DNA of 64,000 nucleotides, from positions 9,641,337 through 9,705,336 of the forward strand of contig CM082586.2 in the NCBI GenBank assembly GCA_040954595.2, written 5' to 3'. The stretch's first letter is position 1. Each line of letters opens with the position of its first letter. The stretch is from Balanoglossus misakiensis (lineage: Eukaryota; Animalia; Hemichordata). The notes beneath the pieces were generated by a model, which saw only the letters and a program-made list of their open reading frames with translations, was not told the DNA's origin and searched no databases. A program made the position numbers and the translations under genes. Shown piece by piece: positions 12,483-21,179 of this stretch.

Positions 12483-12484
12483 TA

Positions 12485-12501
12485 TGGGGGCTCGTCCGGG
12501 A
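12485..12501 (+). promoter_or_regulatory. Primer binding site complementary to the tRNA-Pro 3' end
   Basis: TGGGGGCTCGTCCGGGA 2 nt after the 5' LTR, matching the known tRNA-Pro PBS TGGGGGCTCGTCCGGGAT. Confidence 0.9.
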
Positions 12502-12963
12502 GAACGGCAATTTCGTTCTAATAAATCGGCGAGGATATTTGTTTTCTTGGTGGATTTCTGAACTTGTGAAATCCACAGACGGTATAGTATTTGTAAAACT
12601 GAGCATAGTTTATTTTTATTTCCCGTAAATCCTAGTACATGTACATAAAGCAGTGACATAGAGCTTTCTACTCAGTACGTATTTCGTTTTGTTATAATTG
12701 CCTAAAATTGTAAGGCGTATATTGTCGTGACTGATCCCGGTTGATATTTCTTGGACACTGCACTTCTTGCAGGGTAGTAGACGCACAATAGCATTGTGTG
12801 AAACTATCTGGATATCAACTGGCGGGTCCGCTTCCTTGAGTCCAAATTTGTTTAATGAAATTGGATAGTTGGTCTACTCGAAAGCTTTTCACTGTTTTAT
12901 AGGTTGCAATTATATATGTATATCAGTGCTTTGTACTAGTACGCAGTTGACATTTTATTAGAT

Positions 12964-15051
12964 ATGGAAAAGTTTATTGACATTGGATCTGGGCTCGGTT
13001 TAACGGGTGAAGCGTTGTTAAATTTTGTCAAGGAGCAGCAGAATATAGAGAGAGAAGAGAGGCAGAGGGAACGTGAGTTAAAAAGGGCTGAAATTGAAAG
13101 AGAGATCGAAGAGAAGAAGATGGCGGCAGATTTAGCTGAAAGAGAGGCACACCGAAAACATGATTTAGTTGAAAGAGAAGCGCAAAGGAAACATGAATTA
13201 GAAATGAAACGGCTTGAAGCCGGTAGTGTCGAAGGGGGGCGTCATTTTGATGCTGGTTCTGATTTGGCGAAATCTCCCAAGTTACCCGCTTTTGTTGATG
13301 GGAAGGATGAGCTAGATAGTTATTTGCTCCGTTTTGAACGCTTTGCAACTAGTAATAAGTGGGATAAGCCAAAGTGGGCATCTTTGTTAAGTGCATTGTT
13401 AACGGGTAAAGCTTTAGATGTTTATTCTAGACTGTCTGATACGGCAGCACAGAAGTATGACGATGTTAAGGATGCTCTGTTGAAGAGATACGAATTAACA
13501 GAGGATGGCTATAGAGCCAAGTTTATGAATTTCAAACCCGAACATGGGGAAAGTTGTGATCAATGTTTGGTCCGTTTGATGAATTATTTCCATAAGTGGA
13601 TCGAGTTATCTGGTACTGTGAAAGATTTTGATAATGTATGTGAACTTATAGTCAAACAGCAGTTTATTGAAACATGCCCAAAGGACTTGGCCGTACATTT
13701 GCGTGAAAAGAACCCCAAAACTTTAGATAAAGTTGCAGATATTGCAGATCGTTACCTGCAGGCTCACGACAGACGTTTAACGTCGCTTGTAAACAATACT
13801 GATACAAAGCCTGTAACCAAAAGAGAACGCCGTCCTGCCAGTAGTGGTGGAAGCGGCATTGAAACCTCCGGTATTCAGTGTTATCGATGCAAGGGGTATG
13901 GCCATTTGTCCAAAGATTGTGCAAGTAAAATTGACCATAAAAATGTGTTTGGGGTTAAATGCCATAACTGTGGTCGTTTGGGACATAAAGCCCAAACGTG
14001 TAGGTTTCAGACTAAGTCGGGTGAGAAACCCACTCCCAAAAGAGTAGGAGCTGCAGTGACTAACCTTGATGCGATTCATTCCGTAAGGGGAGAGATGAGC
14101 GCCGCCTGTCTTGTAGGGCCAGAGCCTGCAACAAAGGCTGATGTGGAGTCGTGTATAAAAAATGGCGAACTTCTATTGGCTGGTGGGAAAACGATACCAC
14201 TAGTTCATACTGCGTGTTTTCAGCCATTAGAAGCGAAAATGCCTACTGTAAAAGGGAAAATTGGTAACACTGCTGTAACTGCTCTCAGAGATACTGGTTG
14301 CAGTGGTGTTGTTGTCAAGAGGGAATTTGTGAAAGATGACCAATATACAGGTAAATTTTGTTGTATGCTTATGGTTGACAACACTGCTCGCACAGTGCCT
14401 GTTGCTAAAATTCATATTGATACTCCTTATTTGACTGGCGAGGTAGAGGCACAGTGTTTGCCTGATGCTATTTATGATTTAGTAATTGGTAATGTTCCTG
14501 GAGCAAGAGCGCCAGGTGATCCTGATACAAATTGGTCAGGAAAATGCGCTGTAGTTACTAGGGCTATGGCTAAAAAGAGCGACCAGTGCAAGCCCTTGAA
14601 AGTGCCTGCTGGCAGTAAATGTCTTGATGTTTGTAAAGAGAAGTTAATTGAAATGCAACGCAGTGACTCTGCTCTTGATAAATATTGGTCATTGAATACT
14701 CCCGAGGTCAAAGGGGAACGGGAAGTAGTATTTTTGGTAAGGGGTGGTGTGTTGTACAGACAATATACTCATCCATATTTAAATCATGGAACACCTGTGA
14801 AACAGATAATGGTTCCAAAAGCATTGCGTAATCAAGTTATGTCAGTTGCCCATGATTCTATAACAGGTGGCCATATGGGGATAAAGAAAACCACAGACAG
14901 AGTATTGACAAATTTCTATTGGCCGGGTATTCATGGTGACATAACACGTTTTTGTAGATCTTGTGATATTTGCCAGAGAACCATATCTAAAGGCAAAGTC
15001 ATTAAAGTTCCCCTTCAGAAAATGCCGTTGATAGATGTACCATTCAAATGA
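12964..15051 (+). CDS. gag-pol: Gag (coiled coil, SCAN-like capsid, two CCHC knuckles), aspartic protease and integrase zinc-binding domain
   Basis: CYRCKGYGHLSKDC, CHNCGRLGHKAQTC, LRDTGCS, H...H...CRSCDIC; ends at an in-frame TGA in PFK*VAVDLVGP. Confidence 0.93.
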   Translation: MEKFIDIGSGLGLTGEALLNFVKEQQNIEREERQRERELKRAEIEREIEEKKMAADLAEREAHRKHDLVEREAQRKHELEMKRLEAGSVEGGRHFDAGSDLAKSPKLPAFVDGKDELDSYLLRFERFATSNKWDKPKWASLLSALLTGKALDVYSRLSDTAAQKYDDVKDALLKRYELTEDGYRAKFMNFKPEHGESCDQCLVRLMNYFHKWIELSGTVKDFDNVCELIVKQQFIETCPKDLAVHLREKNPKTLDKVADIADRYLQAHDRRLTSLVNNTDTKPVTKRERRPASSGGSGIETSGIQCYRCKGYGHLSKDCASKIDHKNVFGVKCHNCGRLGHKAQTCRFQTKSGEKPTPKRVGAAVTNLDAIHSVRGEMSAACLVGPEPATKADVESCIKNGELLLAGGKTIPLVHTACFQPLEAKMPTVKGKIGNTAVTALRDTGCSGVVVKREFVKDDQYTGKFCCMLMVDNTARTVPVAKIHIDTPYLTGEVEAQCLPDAIYDLVIGNVPGARAPGDPDTNWSGKCAVVTRAMAKKSDQCKPLKVPAGSKCLDVCKEKLIEMQRSDSALDKYWSLNTPEVKGEREVVFLVRGGVLYRQYTHPYLNHGTPVKQIMVPKALRNQVMSVAHDSITGGHMGIKKTTDRVLTNFYWPGIHGDITRFCRSCDICQRTISKGKVIKVPLQKMPLIDVPFK

Positions 15052-17430
15052 GTAGCCGTAGATTTAGTGGGGCCCATACACCCTCCTAGTGAGAGTGGCC
15101 ATAGATATATACTTACCCTTGTCGACTACGCTACTAGATATCCAGAGGCTGTGCCATTAAAGCGCATCAGCACTGAGGATGTAGCAGAAGCATTAGTTGA
15201 CATGTATAGCCGACTTGGTATACCTGAAGAGATTTTACATGATATGGGGACACAATTTGTATCAGAATGTATGCGTGAAGTGTCCCGTTTACTTGGAATC
15301 AGGGGAATGTCGACCACACCATATCACCCGATCTGTAATGGTTTGGTCGAAAAATTCAATGGTGTTTTAAAGTCGATGCTCAAACGTCTTTGTAGCGAAC
15401 AGCCAAATCAGTGGCATCGTTACATCAACGCATTATTATTTGCATATAGGGAGGCGCCCCAAGAGTCAACTGGGTTTGCCCCATTCGAGTTGATGTACGG
15501 GAGAACAATTCGTGGGCCGATGCATATTCTTAAACAGCTTTGGACAACAAAAACTGATGAGACTGAAGTTAGAAATAGTTATCAGTATGTCTTCGAGTTG
15601 AGAGAACGTCTTGAACAGACATTGAAAATTGCCCAAGCTGAGTTGTTAAAGTCACAACAGCGGTATAAACACTATTATGACCGCGGTGCTAAAGTACGAA
15701 AATACATGCCAGGGCAGATGGTATTGGTTCTGTTGCCTACTGACAACAATAAATTGCTCATGCAGTGGAAGGGCCCTTATAAAATCGATAGTGTTATTGG
15801 TACCAATGATTACAAGGTATACGTAAATGGGAAGTACAAGACGTATCATGCCAATTTGTTGAAAGAGTATATTCATCGAGTTGAATTAGACAGTGATAAA
15901 GCAAGTTGCTGTTTACCAGCTTTGAATGTCGCAAGTGCCGCTATAATTGAGTATGAGGAAGCATGTACTGAAGATGCTGTAGTAGGTGATGACTTGTTGG
16001 AGCTTAACACATGTCTGTCAAAGGAAACAGTAGCTGATGTGAAGTTCGGTGATAAACGTACCCATGAGGAATTAGAATCTGCTAGGGCATTAGTAAACGA
16101 GTTTAGGCACCTATTTACTGATATACCAGGGACTACTAATATAGTCCAGCACCACATTCATCTTACATCAGATGAGCCCATATGTTCCAGACCTTACCCA
16201 GTCCCATATAAGATAAGAGAATCTTTGAAGAACGACATACAAAGTATGTTAGAAATGGGAGTGATACGTGAATCTAGATCGCCTTATGCTTCACCAGTAG
16301 TAATAGTTCGCAAACGAGATGGCTCGAATCGTATATGTATCGATTATCGCAAACTTAACAAAGTGACCGTATTCGATCCAGAGCCAATAATGACTTCTAA
16401 TGACGTACTACACGGCCTTGCTGGCGATAAGTGTTTTACAAAAATCGATCTTAGTAAGGGGTACTGGCAAGTTCCTGTTGCTGATGGGGATATACCAAAA
16501 ACAGCGTTTGTTACACCAGATGGAGCGTACGAGTTCCTGAAAATGCCATTTGGTATGATGAATACAGGTGCGACTTTAGTGCGTGGGATTCGTAAAATGT
16601 TGGGTGGGATGGTCCATGTAGTTTTCTATATAGATGACATCCTCGTCCACACACGTACGTGGGCGGAGCATTTGCGTGTGCTCAGAGAGTTGTTCAAGAG
16701 AATGTCCGAAGCAGGATTTACAGCTCGACCATCCAAATGCATTGTGGGAGCTGACAGTATTGATTTTATCGGTCACCATATCAGGGAAGGTCACGTGAGT
16801 CCATACGAAGACAACGTTGAGAGAGTTAGAAATGCACAACGTCCGAGGACGAAGAAGGAAGTAAGGTCATTTCTAGGTCTTACAGGTTTCTACAGAGAAT
16901 ACATTCCAAACTATGCAGCAATAGCAGTGCCATTGACAGATCTGACCAAGAAGGGATCGCCAACTAGAGTTGCATGGGGCGACGCTCAGGAGATGGCATA
17001 TAAGACGCTTATCCAACGCATAACAACGAAACCGATACTGAAGTTGCCTGACCCTGATAAGCAGTATGTTCTACGTACGGATGCATCTGATGTTGGTATC
17101 GCGGCTGTATTGATGCAGGCACAGGATGGTAAACTGTTCCCCGTGAGTTTTGCCAGCAAGAAGCTGTCAGAACATGAGAGGGGATACTCAACTATCGAGA
17201 AGGAGTGTCTTGCTATTGTCTGGGCTGTTAGGAAGTATATGATGTATTTGTATGGTACAGAGTTCGTACTGCAAACTGATCATCAACCGCTCGTGTACGT
17301 CGACCGTGCCAAGTTTATCAACGACCGCGTAATGAGATGGGCTATGTTCTTGCAGAACTACAGATTCCGAGTTGAATCCATCAAAGGATCGGACAACCAT
17401 GGTGCGGACTTCTTTAGTAGAGCAGTGTAG
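15052..17430 (+). CDS. pol: Integrase core, reverse transcriptase and RNase H (same frame as the upstream ORF)
   Basis: VAVDL...HDMGTQF...NGLVEKFN integrase; PYASPVV, IDLSKGYWQ, MPFG and YIDD for RT; TDASD...EKECLA...TDHQPL...ADFFSR for RNase H. Confidence 0.95.
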   Translation, partial: VAVDLVGPIHPPSESGHRYILTLVDYATRYPEAVPLKRISTEDVAEALVDMYSRLGIPEEILHDMGTQFVSECMREVSRLLGIRGMSTTPYHPICNGLVEKFNGVLKSMLKRLCSEQPNQWHRYINALLFAYREAPQESTGFAPFELMYGRTIRGPMHILKQLWTTKTDETEVRNSYQYVFELRERLEQTLKIAQAELLKSQQRYKHYYDRGAKVRKYMPGQMVLVLLPTDNNKLLMQWKGPYKIDSVIGTNDYKVYVNGKYKTYHANLLKEYIHRVELDSDKASCCLPALNVASAAIIEYEEACTEDAVVGDDLLELNTCLSKETVADVKFGDKRTHEELESARALVNEFRHLFTDIPGTTNIVQHHIHLTSDEPICSRPYPVPYKIRESLKNDIQSMLEMGVIRESRSPYASPVVIVRKRDGSNRICIDYRKLNKVTVFDPEPIMTSNDVLHGLAGDKCFTKIDLSKGYWQVPVADGDIPKTAFVTPDGAYEFLKMPFGMMNTGATLVRGIRKMLGGMVHVVFYIDDILVHTRTWAEHLRVLRELFKRMSEAGFTARPSKCIVGADSIDFIGHHIREGHVSPYEDNVERVRNAQRPRTKKEVRSFLGLTGFYREYIPNYAAIAVPLTDLTKKGSPTRVAWGDAQEMAYKTLIQRITTKPILKLPDPDKQYVLRTDASDVGIAAVLMQAQDGKLFPVSFASKKLSEHERGYSTIEKECLAIVWAVRKYMMYLYGTEFVLQTDHQPLVYVDRAKFINDRVMRWAMFLQNYRFRVESIKGSDNHGADFFSRAV

Positions 17431-17521
17431 AACGATTGACGGTTTTGCTAAACAGCATTTGGAAATCGAGTTTCACGTTATTGAATTCGCGTTGTAGTAG
17501 CAAACTTATAAGTTAGCTTTC

Positions 17522-17531
17522 AAAAAGGGAG
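17522..17531 (+). promoter_or_regulatory. Polypurine tract
   Basis: AAAAAGGGAG just upstream of the 3' LTR. Confidence 0.8.
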
Positions 17532-17534
17532 TTA

Positions 17535-18156
17535 TGTCATGAATTCAATGCATATTCATAGTTTCGTTTGTCGCACTGCGCTTATGTCATGAATTCAATG
17601 CATATTCATAGTTTCGTTTGTCGCACTGCGCTTTTTTTGACCTGGCGTTTGCGGTCAGTGCGCAGGCGTCCGTGTAATTTTTTTTTCTCCGTATTAAATT
17701 TGGAAGCCCACGTGTATGCGTCCCCGTGTTTTTTTTTTACCCAAGCAGTTGCTGGAAGGAAGGTGGATACGACGCCCAAGTACATGTAAGTTTTGAACAT
17801 GTCAATGCGTTAGTGAAAGTTGGTAGTGCGAATCTGAGGGGATATGATGATGGATTTTGATGGTAGCCGCCGTCGTGGATGAATACCGTTCCCTTTGAAC
17901 CGGCTGTTCGGGAACTCTCTGTTGAGTCGCGGCTTCTCGTGACACGCAGCTTTGAATGAATATACAAACATCACTGTTTCTTCCCTGTCATTAAAATTAT
18001 CGAACGTAATTGTCATTGCAAATATTTCACAGACGGTATTTTGTCGTTTCGTTAATTACTGACAAAAGATATCAGAGCTTTCTTTTCTGACAATAAAATA
18101 TCTTGAAGATCCAAAGTGTCTCTTGCTGGCAAGCAAATTTTCCTCGCGCCGTGACA
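17535..18156 (+). repeat. 3' LTR
   Basis: Direct repeat of 11861-12482, followed by the TSD GTGGG. Confidence 0.97.
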
Positions 18157-18855
18157 GTGGGTGTGGGAGGGGGTGTCCCCCTCCCACATTAGAAAATTTT
18201 GTAAAATAAAGGGCGCGAAACTGCAATTTTGTGGACTCAAAAGCAAAAGTTTGGTGGCAAAAGTATGTGACCCCCCCTTAAACGTTTAAAAAAAACAGAT
18301 GACCCCCCCTTTTGGACTTCAAAATTCAAGTGACCCCCCCCCTGGATTTTGCCGCCCCCCCCCCGGCCGTAAAAACTGAACGGTCCCTAAGTATGGAAAA
18401 TAATTGGTAAATATAAGTGTGGTATTATTTCTGTGGGTGTTAAGCGCATTATTGTGTAAGTGTTGACTGCTGTTTAAAACTTTTTCACTGAAGTCTGGGT
18501 GACTTCGAATTTTGGGAAATATTGCAGGATCCAAAGCAGATTTGGAACCTGAGGAAATGTTCAACAAATGGAACCAATTGTTGAATAACAATGCTTAACA
18601 ATTACTTTGGTAAAAGAAAGTTGATAGTGAAACACAAATTGTGGTATTGTAGTTTGTATAATTTTGCGGAGTCATTGTATTTTTTGAATGCCACTTTCTG
18701 TAAAATTTGATTAGTTCGGATGATTGTTTAGGGTGATTCAAGACGTGAGATTAAACAAGGCAGGCTTAGTTATATATTCATTTTAAGTTGGGGAAGTGTG
18801 GGTTTGTTAGACATTTTGAAGAATTCAAGAATACTAATGATATATAAGTACATAC

Positions 18856-18916
18856 CTCTTGTTTTTCTACGTGATGAAGTCTTGTGGGACGAGTGTGCAG
18901 AACCTTTGCTTGCCAT
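18856..18916 (-). CDS. Candidate first coding exon (MASKGSAHSSHKTSSRRKTR) of the minus-strand gene
   Basis: ATG plus 20 codons plus 1 nt, then GTATGT donor (phase 1); a compatible acceptor TTTCCTCAG lies at ~18549. Confidence 0.45.
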
Positions 18917-19459
18917 TGTTTTTGCAAATCGTGATTTCAAAACAGAGATTTTCAATGTTAGAATGTGAAAGTTGCAGGAAATGCGTTCTTGTATAACAAA
19001 ATTGCTGCGTCATTACCACGATCATGTGATTTTCTTACTCCTTGGGTTGGTCAAGTTTATTGTCATATATTTGGAGTGCTGGTGGTTTACACAGGGGGTG
19101 AGCTGGGCAGCGCCGACATGAACAGACATAGTATATGATTAAGTGTATGAAGATAGAGGGTCTGCTATATTGTGGCTGCCTGCTCAGTAATGGGGGCGTA
19201 AGTGGAAACAGCGCATAGTAACATTTGAGCTCAACATCAAAGCAACATTTTAGGCGATGTTCTGTAATGTGTTGATATTATACATATTAGCTGTGATACA
19301 CACAGTGGCTATTGAAATTTGTGCGGGAAGAGGCTGTTTGCACTTGACGGATCCGAAAACGAATGTGATTACGGAAATACGTCTGCAGTAGGGGTCAGCT
19401 GATTACTGGTGAGTGGAATCTGTTAACATTTCGAAGTTTTGAAAGTGGTAGTAATCGCC

Positions 19460-19910
19460 TTATCGGTGATTTTAACGAGTGGAAACCTGGGTGGTGGCGA
19501 TTGTGTTGTTGTAGTTTATCTAGCGGTAGTGTGATTTTGATGATATGAGAGCCAATGTCAGTTTAATTTGAGTTATATTTCCACACGTACAGAGGCAAGT
19601 CCGATACAATATGGCGGCGACCAAGTGTTTTGCAGAGTTGCTTACGCAATAGACTTACGCAATAATTTATGCTGACATGTCTGAGTTGTAAAAGTGGTAT
19701 ACTATTAATGTTAATCACTTTATCGGTGATTTGGATGAGTGGATAGGTGGATGGTGACGGTTGTGTAGTTGTAGTTGATCCGGCGGTAGTGAGATTTTGA
19801 TGATATAAGACGCGATGTCAGTTTTATTTTCACACGTGAACTAGGTATGTCCAATTCAATGTGGCGGCGACCAAGAAGACCATGTATTTCGCAGAATAGC
19901 TTACGCAATA
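19460..19910. promoter_or_regulatory. Diverged ~200-bp direct repeat pair with (A/G)TGGCGGCG (YY1-like) motifs; candidate bidirectional promoter
   Basis: TTATCGGTGATT...TGGCGGCGACCAAG...GCTTACGCAATA occurs twice (~19460-19660 and ~19720-19910) between two divergent genes. Confidence 0.4.
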
Positions 19911-20091
19911 ATTAAATTAATAATTCCGTGTGGAAAAGGAAACTGATCTGTTGGTTTATTTTGAGTGATGTATGTGTATTTTTATACTGACATGTTTGTG
20001 ACTTACTACATTTGCTTCCACATTTTCCTGTTGTGGTTTATCTGAGGAAAACAATGAATAACTTGTAATATTTTTGTCTATTCTGTTAACA

Positions 20092-20716
20092 GATTAAGCT
20101 GAAGAGATATATCTCAGTCTCAAGGTGAGTGTTTGATATTGTTTTTGACCATGACCTGAAGGGATAAAGGATGTGGTTTTGAGCTGTTTTCAGGAATATT
20201 GTGTGATATTAAAAGTTGTTTGACACTTTAAAAATGTTGGAAATACTGGTGAAATGATGTGCCATGATTGGTGTTTATTTCAATGTGTCTTTTTCTGTAA
20301 ATGAGGGGGGCATTCCTGTGTTCATCCTTTTTTTTTCTTTTGGTACATATTAGTCAGTGTGACAAAGATTTGGATTTGAATGTGTAGACATGGTTGATTA
20401 AAGTAATGCAAGTGTGATTTTGTTTGTTGTGAAATGATATTAATCTGTTGATGGTTGGCTATGAAAGTGATATGCATCATTGTTTTTTCCCTGAGAGTTC
20501 TGTTGATTTATAATTGTATTTGTAGTTATGTAAATATTGTTAACATACAGGGAAATCCAAGGCAGTTTCAATTAAATTTTAACAGCTTTTTTGTGCAAGT
20601 TTCCCACAGTGTACACTTTGTGAGTATTTTCTGTATGTTTTGTTGAATCATACAAATTTTCTTAATTACGTTATCTGGTTTATTTTGCAGTTTTTGGTCA
20701 CACAACATAGTTGATG
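20092..20716 (+). other. Two short 5' leader exons of the Rep gene (20092-20123 and 20691-20716)
   Basis: TTAACAG|...AAG|GTGAGT and TTTTGCAG|...GATG|GTAAGT; TTTTTCAG acceptor immediately before the ATG at 21180. Confidence 0.5.
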
Positions 20717-21179
20717 GTAAGTGTTATAGATATAGCAGAAGATTTCAAGTGCATTGTAGTTTGTAGAGGTGTACTCAACATAGCTGGTCGAGAGCTTGTG
20801 TACTGTATGTATGGTGTACCAGGATTATTGGTTCTATCCTGGGACATGGTTGGAATTAAAAATGTTGCGAGACAGTTGTAATGATAATGCCCAAGTTATG
20901 GTGTAGTTTGATTTCCATGAACAGAATAGAAGTTTGGTGAGCAAAGCTGCTGTACAACATGTATATTTCGTCTGTGTGGCAGGATTATTGATTGTAGCAT
21001 GGGAGATGGTTTTATTATTTGACAGGGTTGTATTAATGCGATTGAATGCTGAAACAAACACAAGGACAAGTAATACAATCACTGAAATGAGGAAATGATT
21101 GAAAGGTGTGGAGTATTTCATCAACAATGAGATGGTAACTTCTGTTTGGTGATGGTAATCATGTTGAAATATTTTTCAG

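Larger units (their letters stand above)
11861..18156 (+). mobile_element. Full-length Ty3/Gypsy LTR retrotransposon, Gmr1-like (integrase upstream of RT)
   Basis: 622-bp near-identical LTRs with TGTCA...TGACA ends, 5-bp TSD GTGGG (11856-11860 and 18157-18161), PBS, PPT and a gag-PR-INT-RT-RH reading frame. Confidence 0.97.
10912..18387 (+). mobile_element. PIF/Harbinger-like MITE (~1.2 kb) split by the Gypsy insertion
   Basis: Perfect TIR GGGACCGTTCAGTTTTTACGGC / GCCGTAAAAACTGAACGGTCCC; TAA target duplication at 10909-10911 and 18388-18390; a second family member lies at 55314-56457. Confidence 0.85.

Noticed and set aside
11894-12659. Short ORFs in the LTRs
   Set aside because: Duplicated only because the LTRs are; no coding signature
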